Part shown: positions 9,088-18,967 of the stretch, in pieces
How positions within the stretch are numbered: position 1 is the stretch's first letter
Layout: each line of letters starts with the position of its first letter
Origin: a virus
Taxonomy: Duplodnaviria > Caudoviricetes
Length of the DNA stretch: 52,143 bases
IMG/VR virus record: IMGVR_UViG_3300048851_000225
Coordinates: 1-52,143 of that record
Strand: one strand, 5' to 3'
The notes under the pieces: generated by a model
Databases searched by the model: none
Seen by the model: the letters and a program-made list of their open reading frames with translations, nothing else
Told to the model about the DNA's origin: nothing
Position numbers and translations under genes: made by a program

Positions 9088-10016
9088 TGCGTCATGCCCT
9101 CGACTTCAAGCGAACAGAGGTGGTGCGTGGGGTAAGCCACGTCGATGGAAAAGTCTCGGTAGAACCCGTACACGAGCAGCGGCTCGTAGCCGAACTCCTC
9201 GGTGCCGATGTACACGCACGGCGTCGCCCGCAGGCTGGCTAGCAATCGGAAAATCCGGTTGAAGCCGAGCTTCTCCGTCATCACGGAGAAGCTCGCCCTC
9301 TTGCTGTAATCGCGCTCCAGTACCGACACGCGGCCGAAGACGTCGCGATCCTTCTTGCTGAAGTCCAGAATGCCTACCGTCGCGCCGTATTGCGTGTCGC
9401 CGATGTTGTGCAAAGTGCCCGGCTTGAAGGCTCCGATGGCCGCATCCGCCCCGCTGCTTGTAATCGTCAGCTTTAGCTCGCCGCTCGGGTACTGGCCCGG
9501 CAGGTCGGTCAGCACGACGTCGGTCAACGGTTCGAACTCGGCGAAGAACCAGTCGTAGACGTCGGTGATGATCGTCCCGTCCAGATCGATCAACCGGTCG
9601 TAGACCACTGTGCCACCTGGGGAGTCGGTGTATTCAACGCGGGCAGTCCGACCAGCCATTTCCAAAAGCGGCACGCCGCCGACGCTGCCAGGACGCACGA
9701 CGACCACAAGCGGCGATGGCCCGCTGGTGACCGACCCGATCGCATCATCGAACATGGCGTACCGCAGCGTCGGGCCGAGTAGTTGCCATTTCGCCGGGGT
9801 CACCAGGCCGCTTTCCGGCGCCGGATTCGTTCCTGTCGTCGGAGCGGTAATCGCTACGATGGCCCGATACCGCAAGTGGTTCGGCCGATAGACGACCGTG
9901 TCGACCGCGTAGGCCGCCGTGCCGCTCCACAACGTGCCATCGCCCGGGCTCGGTTCAGGCACAGTGCTGCTGACAATCATGGAGTCGGTGATCACCGCAG
10001 GCTTGATGATCTTCAT
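9084..10016 (-). CDS. Tail tip/minor tail protein
   Basis: Directly after TMP; ILDFSKKDRDVFG and YGFYRDFSI motifs. Confidence 0.75.
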   Translation of the reverse strand: MKIIKPAVITDSMIVSSTVPEPSPGDGTLWSGTAAYAVDTVVYRPNHLRYRAIVAITAPTTGTNPAPESGLVTPAKWQLLGPTLRYAMFDDAIGSVTSGPSPLVVVVRPGSVGGVPLLEMAGRTARVEYTDSPGGTVVYDRLIDLDGTIITDVYDWFFAEFEPLTDVVLTDLPGQYPSGELKLTITSSGADAAIGAFKPGTLHNIGDTQYGATVGILDFSKKDRDVFGRVSVLERDYSKRASFSVMTEKLGFNRIFRLLASLRATPCVYIGTEEFGYEPLLVYGFYRDFSIDVAYPTHHLCSLEVEGMTQ

Positions 10017-13000
10017 GAGGTGGTCTCCTCCCTCGTTTCAGGCATCCCGCCGGCGTCCCACCGAGTGACTGTTTTGGCCGTCTTGGCAGTGTGCTGCGCC
10101 GTCGCCCTCGCCTCGTCGCGCAGTCCTTGCACTTCTTGGCGCAGCGCGCGAAGCTCGGCGACGACCGCCGCACTGTTTCCATCCTCGGTGCGCGGCCTGT
10201 CCTGCAGTGCGCGGTATGCGCGTGCCTCCGGCGCAGGCAATACGGTCTCGCCCGAATGCAATTCCGCGCGATACCCGTCAAACGGCACCGACCAAAGCCC
10301 GCCGGCGTGCGAACCGTTGATGGCGTTCTTGCCAGCGTTGATCGCGGCAATTTCCGCTGCGATTGCAGCGGGATCCGCGCCGTTCTTGATTGCCTCGTTC
10401 CAGAAGTTCCAGCCGCCTGCGTCGAGGTAGCCGATGCCGCTGCCGTTGTAGGCATCCCAGACCGCCTGCTCAGTTGATGACAGTCCAGCAGGGGCGCCAT
10501 TGGTGCTCGCGGGCGGCTTGCTGGCACCGAGCGAAGCGAGCGAGATCCGCAGCCCTTCCAGCGCCTGCGCGACCGTAAGCAGCGCCGTGCTGTTGCCCAG
10601 TGCCGCATCGAGCTGCGCCTGGGCAGTCTCCAGCATGTCGTCGTAGTACTTGATCTGCTGGTCGTACTCGTCCTCGGCGACTTTGAGCTGGTCCTTCAGG
10701 GCAGCGAGCGTGCGCTCTTCGATCGACAGCTGCGTGTCCGTCAGTTGCCCGAGGGCGGCGATGTCGTTCGCCGTCTTCAGGAAGTCGAGCTGGTAGTCCT
10801 CGAAGGTTGCGAAGAGTTCCTGCGATGGCTGGGCAACGACCCCCAGCGCATTCTCCAAGCTGTCTGCCGTCGGCAGGCCACCGCCGGCCCGTGCCGTCGC
10901 GAGCGCGCCGGAGATCTGGGCCTGAGCCTGCGCCCGCTGCATCGCGGCATCCGCCTGGCCGAACATGGTGTTCAGCGTCGACTTCAACCGGTCGCTCAAG
11001 CCCTTCAAGTTCGTCACCGACGTCGTCGCCGCGTCGATGCCCTCCTGCATAGCTTGCTGCTGGACCCGCCACGCTTCCGTGATCAGGTTCTTCTGAGCGT
11101 TCACCGACCGCGTCAGCGCCGACAGCGCACCGCTCGCGGCCGTCTCCGCAGCAGAGCGCGCTGCGGTGATGATCGACTTGATCTTCTCCGCGATCTTGTC
11201 GGCGTCGACCTTCAGGTCGGCAGCCAGCTTGTCCGCCTCGGCCTTCGTGTAGTCGGCCCACGTCCCAAACGCATCCGACATGCCGAGCAGCGTGGCGTAG
11301 ACCTGCTGCCCATTCACCGTCGCAAGGTCTTGGTCTTCCATAAGCGCCCGGAACCCGGCGCGGGTCGTAGGGATATCCTCGACGCCCATCGCCCGGAACA
11401 TGTCCCTCATCGACCCCAAGCTGGCCGTCATGCGCTCCGCCTCGGTGTAGTAGCCCTGCTGATACGAATTCAGCTGCTGCCCGAACGCATCCAGCCCACC
11501 AGCGGCGGCGACAATAGCCTCACGCGCATCCCAGGTTGTTTCAGCCAACTGCGGGAACGAATGATTCATCGCGTCGAACGCGACGTTCAACGAGCGAATC
11601 AGCTCAAGCTGCTCTTTCAGCGCATCGATCTGCTCCTGCGTCGCTTCAGTAATGTTGGCGTCACGCAGAACGTTGGCGAATTGCGGTGCGATGTTCGATT
11701 GCTGGAGTCCGCCGAGAATGCTGCGCTCGATTACAAGCGCTGCATTCTTCTCCAGGTCTGCATTGGCGCCTTCGATTGCGGTGCCGAACACGGCGACGCC
11801 GTCACGGCTGATTACGGTACCGGCGTTGGCGCCTTTGCCGTCAGGCGAATAGGCGGTTTGCATGCCGATGCGCAGGCCGGTGGAGTCGCCGCCATAACGT
11901 GCGGCGAGCCCCGTAATGTTCCCTGCGATGCCTTGCGTGGCGTTCACCAGACCCGGGGCGACGCCTTTATAGCCCCGGCGGTCACCGTAGAAGAATGAGT
12001 CGTCCTCAACACTGTTGATGCCGCTCGATGTGACGTCAGCAATCCCGTAGTTGCCGACCCCAGGTTTCGTTTTCGGCCCGTCGAGCAATCCGCCGATCTT
12101 GCTGCCGATGAACGATCCGATCGGGCCGCCGAAGTAAGCGCCGATGGCCGAACCGATGGCGGCGCCGAAGTCGCCGTTCATGGCCGACATGATTGAGCCG
12201 GCGACCATCATTGCGCTGCCGGCGAAGTCAGCGACCTGCGCGATCTGGGCGGTGTTGCCCGCCACGTATTTCGCGACGGTGCCCATGATGCCCTCGCCGC
12301 CCAGGCTGCCCGAAGTCAACGCGCTGAGGCCCTTGACCGCCATATCACCGAACGACATGCCGAACCCAGATTGCCCGCTCGACCCCGACTGGGCGCCGCC
12401 GCTAGCGGTCGATGACACAGAATTTACGGCTGACTTCGTCAGTCCGAGAGCGTCGGTGATGTAGCTCGCGGCGCCCTGAGCGACCGGCTGCAGAATCGGC
12501 TTCAGTACCAGCGTTGCGAACATGTTCTTCAAGGTCTTGACGAAGTTTTCGCCGAAACCCCGGCCATCTTCGAAGCCGCGCAGCAGCGCGTCGGTCAGCG
12601 AATCGCCGATCTGCTCGTTCTGGCGCTTCGCTTCCTCGGTGAACTTGTCCTGCGCTTCCAGGCGATCGAGCTCGTGCGTGCTGCCAGCCGAGTCGGCCAG
12701 CGCATCTGCGCGCCGGCCAAGCGCCGCAACTTCGCGCTCGATCAGCGCGATCTCTTCCTGGCGCTTGCCCTGCATGATCGCCATGGCCAGCTGCGTGCGC
12801 GCCATTGCTTCGTCTTCGCGCGCCCGCACCGCCACCAGGTCAGCGATTGCGCCCTTCGACATGCCGTACTGGTCGATCTGGTCGCGCAGGGCCTGAGCTT
12901 GGTCCTCGGCGGTCTTGGCCGTGCTTTCGGCAGCTTCTGTCCATCCCTTCTGGAACCCAAGCCAGTAGCGCGTCAGTTCATCAGCACCGTTCTTCTCCGC

Positions 13001-15304
13001 CTCGAAGACGGCGAGGATCGTGCGGCTCGCCTCGCCAGCCGCCTTCACACGGTCCGCTTCCAGTTTGCGGCGTTCCGCCGCGGTACCCTTCCCCGACGCG
13101 ATTTGGCCCTCGATAACGGCCAGCTCGTCGCTCGCGGCGTTGGCCGTGACGACCGCTGCCTGAGTGGCGAGCTCGCCTTTCGTCTCGTAGTACTGCGCTG
13201 CGCCTTTCAGGCCGACTTGGTATGCAGCCTCGTTGTCGCGCGCGGCGCGCGCCAGGATGTCGGATTCGGCCTTCGCAGACTGTTCGATGGCTTGGATCTG
13301 GACGCTGTAATCGAGCGGAACCGCCGCGCCCTTCGGACCTGCCTTTTCCTTGTACCGGTCGCGGATGTTGTTCATTTCCGTATCGCGACGCTTCAAAGCA
13401 GCGACGTATCGGTCAGACGTCTTGTCCATGCCGTCGGTGACGCGCATGAACTCTTTCTCCGCTGTCTCCAGCGCGAACGTCATCTCCTCGGCCTTCGTCA
13501 TGCGGCTGGTGTCGTTGACGTAGTTGTCGAATCGAGCTGACACTGCGCCCTGATAAGACTTCTCCAACTCATCCTTCTGGCGACGCAGGAGACGGATTTC
13601 GTAGTCCAGCCGCTCAAGATCCGTGACCGCCTGGAAGTTCGCATCCGCGTTCTTCGCCCCTTGGCTGCCCCACATCTGGCCGATCGTGCGGGTCTCACGC
13701 TGACCAGGGGTGACCTGCGCCTGTTGGGCTGCCGAAAACGAAGCCTGGGCAAGGGTGCGCTGAGCCGACAGGCGTTGCAAATCGGTTTCTATCTTCGCCA
13801 CTTGGGACGAATACTCCGCGGCGGTAAATGCGCCCGCGACTGCCTTCTTGCTCTCGATTCCCAGCTGGCGATATTTCTCGATAAGGCCGTTGATGCCAGC
13901 TTCGAGCTTCGCCGCGCCCGCTAGAGCGACCTGAGCTGCGCTTTCCTGCGATGCGCCGGCTTCGTTGGCCTTCGCAGCGGCGCTGCCGTGTAGCGCAATC
14001 AGCGCGCCAATGGCCGCGCCAACTGCTGCAATTGCAAGTACGACCGGGTTGGCGCTTGCGGCGACGAGCGCAAGGCCCAGCGCCTTGGCCGCACCGGTAG
14101 AAGCCACCATTGCCACAGTCAGAACGCCGATGCCTGCGGCAACGGACGCAATCGCGACAGACGCAAGCGTCGCATTGTCCTGGGCGAGCTTCACCGCAGC
14201 CGTGAAGGTTTGGACACCGGCGAGATACGCCGGCTGGAACGCGGCCCCAATCTTCACGCTGAGATCGTCAAGGTGGCGACTGAGGGAAAGCGCCTGCTTC
14301 CCTGCGTTCGTCATACTGACTTCGTACGAGCCAGCAAGGGCCGGGGCTTGAGCCATCGTGACGTTTGTCCTGGCCTGCATCTTTTCTTGTTCGGAAAGCG
14401 ACTCGGTGGTCTTCCCGAGCGTTGCAGCGAGCGTTCGGTATCCCTGCTCGAAATTTACGTTCAGCCCGATTCCGCGCAAGACCTCAACTTCGGCGCTTTG
14501 AATGCCCTGCATCATTCGCTGCAACGCCTCGGACGAGGAGATGTTGCCGATGGTGGCCGCATCCTGCGCCAGACGAGCAAGCTGCGTAGCCTGGCTCAAG
14601 TCCATATTGGCCTGCACCATGCGCGAGATCGTTTCGCGTGATTGAGTCATGCTGATGCCGGTCTTCTGCAGCTCGTTTTGAAGGCTCGCCAGCTCTCCGC
14701 GGGCATAGCCCGAGTTCTTACCGACGGCGTTCATCACCAAGCCAACTTGCTCATAGCGCGAAGCATCGACCGTCACGCTCTTGATGGTGCCCAGAAGTTG
14801 CGAAGTGCTGACCAAGCCCCCCAGCGCTGCAGCCAGGGTTTCAAGCCCAGATGCTGCGCGTTCGCCAGACTCGCCAAGGCCCTTCACATCGGCCGACGCC
14901 TTGCCAGCCGCAGCGCCGGCCCGCCCTGCCGAATCAGCCGCACCTGTCATTGCTGCATTCAGCTTGTTCATTGCGGCGCCGGCCATATCGGCCGCCTGCT
15001 GGACAGCGGACGTTTGTCCTGCATTGCGCGCATACGCAGCCGACATGCGGTCAAGAGAGGCGGCCATACGCTCGACGACGGCAAGCAACTTTCCCTGCGT
15101 GCCGTTGAGGGTGTCGAACTTGCTCGACAGGCCACTCGTCTCGGCTGCGACTCGCTCGATGGAGTCGATCCATGCACGGCCAGCTCGCTTTGCCGAGCCC
15201 TCGGTACGAGTACCAGCATCGGTCAGCGCGTCGAGGTCCTTGCGTGCCGCCACCGCGCTGGAACTGTCGATACCGACGATCAGACTGGCGATTTGCTCGC
15301 TCAT
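10013..15304 (-). CDS. Tape measure protein (1763 aa)
   Basis: Length, Ala-rich helical composition, TM-like segment, C-terminal GSHAGGL...RAELHSGETVLP. Confidence 0.92.
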   Translation of the reverse strand: MSEQIASLIVGIDSSSAVAARKDLDALTDAGTRTEGSAKRAGRAWIDSIERVAAETSGLSSKFDTLNGTQGKLLAVVERMAASLDRMSAAYARNAGQTSAVQQAADMAGAAMNKLNAAMTGAADSAGRAGAAAGKASADVKGLGESGERAASGLETLAAALGGLVSTSQLLGTIKSVTVDASRYEQVGLVMNAVGKNSGYARGELASLQNELQKTGISMTQSRETISRMVQANMDLSQATQLARLAQDAATIGNISSSEALQRMMQGIQSAEVEVLRGIGLNVNFEQGYRTLAATLGKTTESLSEQEKMQARTNVTMAQAPALAGSYEVSMTNAGKQALSLSRHLDDLSVKIGAAFQPAYLAGVQTFTAAVKLAQDNATLASVAIASVAAGIGVLTVAMVASTGAAKALGLALVAASANPVVLAIAAVGAAIGALIALHGSAAAKANEAGASQESAAQVALAGAAKLEAGINGLIEKYRQLGIESKKAVAGAFTAAEYSSQVAKIETDLQRLSAQRTLAQASFSAAQQAQVTPGQRETRTIGQMWGSQGAKNADANFQAVTDLERLDYEIRLLRRQKDELEKSYQGAVSARFDNYVNDTSRMTKAEEMTFALETAEKEFMRVTDGMDKTSDRYVAALKRRDTEMNNIRDRYKEKAGPKGAAVPLDYSVQIQAIEQSAKAESDILARAARDNEAAYQVGLKGAAQYYETKGELATQAAVVTANAASDELAVIEGQIASGKGTAAERRKLEADRVKAAGEASRTILAVFEAEKNGADELTRYWLGFQKGWTEAAESTAKTAEDQAQALRDQIDQYGMSKGAIADLVAVRAREDEAMARTQLAMAIMQGKRQEEIALIEREVAALGRRADALADSAGSTHELDRLEAQDKFTEEAKRQNEQIGDSLTDALLRGFEDGRGFGENFVKTLKNMFATLVLKPILQPVAQGAASYITDALGLTKSAVNSVSSTASGGAQSGSSGQSGFGMSFGDMAVKGLSALTSGSLGGEGIMGTVAKYVAGNTAQIAQVADFAGSAMMVAGSIMSAMNGDFGAAIGSAIGAYFGGPIGSFIGSKIGGLLDGPKTKPGVGNYGIADVTSSGINSVEDDSFFYGDRRGYKGVAPGLVNATQGIAGNITGLAARYGGDSTGLRIGMQTAYSPDGKGANAGTVISRDGVAVFGTAIEGANADLEKNAALVIERSILGGLQQSNIAPQFANVLRDANITEATQEQIDALKEQLELIRSLNVAFDAMNHSFPQLAETTWDAREAIVAAAGGLDAFGQQLNSYQQGYYTEAERMTASLGSMRDMFRAMGVEDIPTTRAGFRALMEDQDLATVNGQQVYATLLGMSDAFGTWADYTKAEADKLAADLKVDADKIAEKIKSIITAARSAAETAASGALSALTRSVNAQKNLITEAWRVQQQAMQEGIDAATTSVTNLKGLSDRLKSTLNTMFGQADAAMQRAQAQAQISGALATARAGGGLPTADSLENALGVVAQPSQELFATFEDYQLDFLKTANDIAALGQLTDTQLSIEERTLAALKDQLKVAEDEYDQQIKYYDDMLETAQAQLDAALGNSTALLTVAQALEGLRISLASLGASKPPASTNGAPAGLSSTEQAVWDAYNGSGIGYLDAGGWNFWNEAIKNGADPAAIAAEIAAINAGKNAINGSHAGGLWSVPFDGYRAELHSGETVLPAPEARAYRALQDRPRTEDGNSAAVVAELRALRQEVQGLRDEARATAQHTAKTAKTVTRWDAGGMPETREETTS

Positions 15305-15315
15305 GACGCGCCCAT

Positions 15316-15366
15316 AAAAAAACCCCGCGCGGGCGGGGCTGAAATGAAAAACCCGCCGAAGCGGGT
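15316..15366 (-). terminator. Two tandem intrinsic terminators just upstream of TMP
   Basis: CCCGC-ttcg-GCGGG-TTTTT and CCCCGC-cc-GCGCGGGG-T7 on the minus strand. Confidence 0.7.
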
Positions 15367-15393
15367 GTCTATCTGTCCTGGCTCACGCGCCGA

Positions 15394-15729
15394 TCAATTC
15401 AGCAGCCTCACGCCGGAAGCGGGAGAGGCCACCCCCATCATCTTCCCATTCAGGAAGAACTGGATTTCGCGTGCCTTCATCCCTTGCATGCACGCGTCCG
15501 AATCGGCGAAGGTCTTGATCAGGCCGAGTTGCTGATCTCGCGGCAGCGTTCCGACGTTGTCTTTCCAGGTGAATTTGACCACCCCCTCGGTCTCGTACCA
15601 CGAAGCCATTTGCAGAAGGTTCGTTTGCACCTTCGTCGCAGCATCGATGTCACAACCTGCCGCTGAAGCTTTAGCCGCCCCACCTAATGCCAACACCGCC
15701 ACGACGGCGGCACACGAAATTTTCAGCAC
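15394..15729 (-). CDS. Secreted hypothetical protein (moron)
   Basis: Signal peptide, two Cys in the mature part, GGGGGA SD. Confidence 0.65.
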   Translation of the reverse strand: MLKISCAAVVAVLALGGAAKASAAGCDIDAATKVQTNLLQMASWYETEGVVKFTWKDNVGTLPRDQQLGLIKTFADSDACMQGMKAREIQFFLNGKMMGVASPASGVRLLN

Positions 15730-15905
15730 GGAATCCCCCTATGTTGTGGGGGAAAATATAGCCGGATGAGCAGGCAGGTAGTAAGCCCAACACAGCCACA
15801 TGGTTTCGACGTAGATCATCAGCCAGCGGGCAGGCTCGCAGAATCCGCCTTGCCATCCCGCTCGGCCGTCGCCTATAACGGACGCCCACTCGCCCGAAGC
15901 AAATC

Positions 15906-16163
15906 ATGACCGCCATTGTTTTTCGCACCGTTGCCTTCCTGTTGCTCTCCGTCTCTCTCACCGCTTGCTCCGACGAAAAGCCGACCACAAAGATCCCTGC
16001 GGCGTCACCCGCTGTTGTTGCCGCACCTTCCGCGCAGCCCACCGAGGCCGAATGCGAAAACGTGAAGAACATCTCAAATATCGAAGAACGGCAAGCACTG
16101 GCACGTCGGTGCATGCGCAGTGGCTCATTCGTCTCGAGCGAGCCGAAGGGCTGGCGGCCCTAA
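15906..16163 (+). CDS. TrbK/EexN-like entry-exclusion lipoprotein (moron)
   Basis: Lipobox SLTA-C; C...ERQALARRC.RSGSFVSSEPKGW resembles the TrbK C-terminus. Confidence 0.7.
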   Translation: MTAIVFRTVAFLLLSVSLTACSDEKPTTKIPAASPAVVAAPSAQPTEAECENVKNISNIEERQALARRCMRSGSFVSSEPKGWRP

Positions 16164-16176
16164 GCCCTCCGCCAAG

Positions 16177-16201
16177 GAAAAGCCACCTTGCGGTGGTTTT
16201 C
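16177..16201. terminator. Bidirectional terminator
   Basis: GAAAAGCCACC-ttgc-GGTGGTTTTC. Confidence 0.7.
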
Positions 16202-16358
16202 TTCATTGCAGCGCGGCTGCCATCAAAACGTTCTTCATCCGCCCATCCACGGCGATCCCCTCTGGTGGCTGTTTGGGGAATGTAGCCAGATGAGCCGCAA
16301 ACCAGCATTGCCGCGGGAGGCACGCGTCGGATATAACCAAGCCTCCCTTGGAGCACCC

Positions 16359-16793
16359 ATGCGCGCGCCCGCCCTCGCCCTGCTTTCGTTTGCCCTCGCC
16401 TTCTCGTTCGCAGCCGAAGCCCGGAACTGCATGAAGGGTATACCTTGCGGAAATTCCTGCATCTCCGCGAGCAAGACATGCAGAATAGGCGGTCCGACGT
16501 CGACGACAGATTCGTACCGCTCCTATACTGCACCGGCCGCAGCGACCGGCGCCATGGGCCTCGCTGGCATGGCGGGGGGCAGTGCCGCCTTGCAAGGAGA
16601 GGTGCTGTATGCCCGGGAAGACACCGACGTCCTGAATCAACCGGGACCCACAGCGGCGGTCAACGGCCGACTGCGGAAAGGCACCGCGGTCGCAGTCCAG
16701 CAGATGTCCGGCGCGAGCTGGGTGCGAATCGCGCCGGATGCCAAAGCCCAGCAGCGCTGGGTGAAGCGGGACGCGCTGCAATCGATGCCCTAG
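16359..16793 (+). CDS. Secreted protein with Cys-rich N-terminus and SH3-like domain (moron)
   Basis: Signal peptide, CMKGIPCGNSCISASKTC, C-terminal PGP..LRKGTAV..WVRI..WV; GGAG SD before 16359. Confidence 0.75.
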   Translation: MRAPALALLSFALAFSFAAEARNCMKGIPCGNSCISASKTCRIGGPTSTTDSYRSYTAPAAATGAMGLAGMAGGSAALQGEVLYAREDTDVLNQPGPTAAVNGRLRKGTAVAVQQMSGASWVRIAPDAKAQQRWVKRDALQSMP

Positions 16794-16797
16794 GGCG

Positions 16798-17256
16798 CTA
16801 TCCCCGAATCACGTTTTTGATGTGTCGCGCCACGTGCGCTTTGCGCTCAGGCTCCGGCAGGTCATCCCATTCTTTCGGCTCGGGTGCCGCGTCGTCGTCC
16901 TGCTTGGTCGCCACTGCCATGTAGGCGGCATCCATGCCGCGCAGCGCCTTGAGTTCCCACCAAGTGAGCCGAACGCCCTCGATCTCGGACCACGCCTTGA
17001 TCTCGGTGATGTTGATCGGATTCGGGCCGAACCCGCCCGACCCTCTTCCCGCATGCAGGCTCAGGAACCAGTGCCAGATGTACTCCCCAGCATGGGGCAA
17101 TCGCGGGGCGTCCACCAAGCGCAATGGAGGAACGCCCGTCTTCTCCGCGATCTTCACGAGCCGCTCGCGCAAGCTGGTCTTGTCTTTCCGGCGCGCCGAA
17201 AGCTCGAATTCTGAGCGCGTGAACGCGATCAGGCCTTCGACGAGCCCGGAGTAAAA
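16798..17256 (-). CDS. Tail assembly chaperone frameshift extension (gpGT-like)
   Basis: The -1 frame is open from the TTTT at 17256-17253 to the stop at 16798; IW.WFLSL..GR..GFGPNPI...EIKAW motif. Confidence 0.75.
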   Translation of the reverse strand, partial: FYSGLVEGLIAFTRSEFELSARRKDKTSLRERLVKIAEKTGVPPLRLVDAPRLPHAGEYIWHWFLSLHAGRGSGGFGPNPINITEIKAWSEIEGVRLTWWELKALRGMDAAYMAVATKQDDDAAPEPKEWDDLPEPERKAHVARHIKNVIRG

Positions 17257-17672
17257 GCGGCGGCGTCGGCCGACTTCTCGAGGACCTGCTGCACGAACCC
17301 GGGGTTCTTCGAGAACAGCTTGCGCAGGTTCGACTCGCTGAACTCTTCGCGCAGGCCGCGCCAGCCGGACACGCTGACGACGGCTTTCTCGATGGTCAGC
17401 TCGACGTCGTCCTCGATCGGACGGATGTCCGCGTTCTTGCCCTTGCGCTTCGCAACTTCTTCTTCCCGGCGCCGAGCGTTGATCGTGCGGAACACGTGCG
17501 CCTGGATGCGCTCGGACTGTTCCCCGATCACTTGCAGAATGACGCCCGTCTTCGTGCCGTCCGCTCGCAGCAGCGGCAAATCGACGCCGCTGTCGTTGGC
17601 GGCGCGCTCGTTGAAGTCGTCGATCGAGGCCAGCACGGCGGTTTCGTTGTTCAGGTCTTGGGATTTGGTCAT
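17229..17672 (-). CDS. Tail assembly chaperone (gpG-like)
   Basis: Between tail tube and TMP; GWRG..EEFSE.N.RKL motif. Confidence 0.8.
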   Translation of the reverse strand: MTKSQDLNNETAVLASIDDFNERAANDSGVDLPLLRADGTKTGVILQVIGEQSERIQAHVFRTINARRREEEVAKRKGKNADIRPIEDDVELTIEKAVVSVSGWRGLREEFSESNLRKLFSKNPGFVQQVLEKSADAAAFTPGSSKA

Positions 17673-17774
17673 GGTTTGGTTCGCGGAGAGAAGTGAATGC
17701 CCGTGCCCGGCTGCCCGCCCTCCGCGAAGAAGGCGATGCAGCCGAGTCGGTGCGACGGTGGGCGAGTGCCCGGG

Positions 17775-18236
17775 TTAGGTGGCGGGGACTTCGATGATCC
17801 CGACGCCGGTCTTGCTGGAGGTGAGCTCGAGGCTCACCGTGCCGGAGCGGATCGTGTCGACGCCGGCGGCGTTCTTGACGAACGACATCACCTTCGCGGG
17901 GAAGTAGTCGACGTCGCCGCCTTGGTACTCGACCTTGAAGAAGTAGTCCTCGTCGCTGTCGACAGCTTCGTCGAGCAGGATCTGTCCAGCGTCATCCTTG
18001 TCGATGGCCAGCTGCAGGGTCTTCTGGCCCTGGTTCACCGAGCCCTTGAACTTTTGCACCACGCGCGTGCCGATCGGGCTGTGGGTGACGAGCGCCGACG
18101 TCTTGCCGTGCTGGCCGCCGTCGGTGATCTCGCCGATCGTCGTGAAGGTCAGCGCGGCGTAGCCGGAGGCGGTGAAAGTGGCCGGCGCGGCGGCAGAGAT
18201 GCCGATGGTGGTACCGGCAACGGTTTCGACGGTCAT
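17775..18236 (-). CDS. Major tail tube protein
   Basis: TVAGTTIGISAAAPATF..GY.AL, KFKGS.N.G; GAGGA SD. Confidence 0.85.
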   Translation of the reverse strand: MTVETVAGTTIGISAAAPATFTASGYAALTFTTIGEITDGGQHGKTSALVTHSPIGTRVVQKFKGSVNQGQKTLQLAIDKDDAGQILLDEAVDSDEDYFFKVEYQGGDVDYFPAKVMSFVKNAAGVDTIRSGTVSLELTSSKTGVGIIEVPAT

Positions 18237-18247
18237 GGTCGTTCCTC

Positions 18248-18281
18248 AAAGAAAAGCCCGCCGAGCTTTCGCTGGGCGGGC
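18248..18281 (-). terminator. Intrinsic terminator before the tail tube gene
   Basis: GCCCGCC...GGCGGGC-TTTTCTTT on the minus strand. Confidence 0.6.
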
Positions 18282-18314
18282 GATGGTGCTGCCGTTGCCG
18301 GCAGGATTGGGGGA

Positions 18315-18533
18315 TTACTTGCTGGGTTTGCTCGCAGCGGCTGCGGGCGCGGCGCCGGCCGTCTCGGCCTGGACGGCGGCGGCCTGCGCCACCGCTTCCT
18401 TCGTGGCACGCACCGCGTACTTGTTTTCCGTCAGCCAGTCGGCGCGCTCGGCCGGCACGCTGAAGACCTCGTCCTTGGCGTGCTTGCCATCCGGGCCGCT
18501 GAAGGCCTTCAGTGCGATCATGGAAATGCTCAT
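18315..18533 (-). CDS. Small hypothetical virion-region protein
   Basis: AGGAG SD, co-oriented with the late operon. Confidence 0.65.
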   Translation of the reverse strand: MSISMIALKAFSGPDGKHAKDEVFSVPAERADWLTENKYAVRATKEAVAQAAAVQAETAGAAPAAAASKPSK

Positions 18534-18544
18534 GTGTCGTGCTC

Positions 18545-18967
18545 CTATGCGGGAATGACGCGGTCTGCCCGGTAGCGGATGCTGACCGGTATCTTCGTGC
18601 GCGCGGTGTCGGGCAGCGCAGGCCCAACGGCCGACACGGCATCGATGCGGACGACGATGCCGGCACCCTGCAGCTGCAGGTTCCGGGGGAAATGGGTGGC
18701 GACGGCATCCGCGAGCGTGCGGAGCGTCACCGGATTGCCAGCGGCCGGCCCGTTCACATCGACCTGGTAGATGCCAACGAAGCGCGTCCGCTTGATGCTG
18801 ATGTCAGGGTTGAATGGATTCGCCGGCAGGTGGAAGTCCGCCAAGTACGTCTCGGTCGCCGTCGGCGTGAACGGCACCAGTGTGTACGCGACGCGCAGCA
18901 CCGGCGACTGCGCCGCGGCGAATGTCTTAAGCCGCACCTGCAGGGCGGCGACGATCTGCTGGTTCAT
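18545..18967 (-). CDS. Tail terminator-like protein (DUF4128-like)
   Basis: GIYQVDV..P...G, ADAVATHF, PVSIRYRAD; start MNQQ at 18967. Confidence 0.75.
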   Translation of the reverse strand: MNQQIVAALQVRLKTFAAAQSPVLRVAYTLVPFTPTATETYLADFHLPANPFNPDISIKRTRFVGIYQVDVNGPAAGNPVTLRTLADAVATHFPRNLQLQGAGIVVRIDAVSAVGPALPDTARTKIPVSIRYRADRVIPA

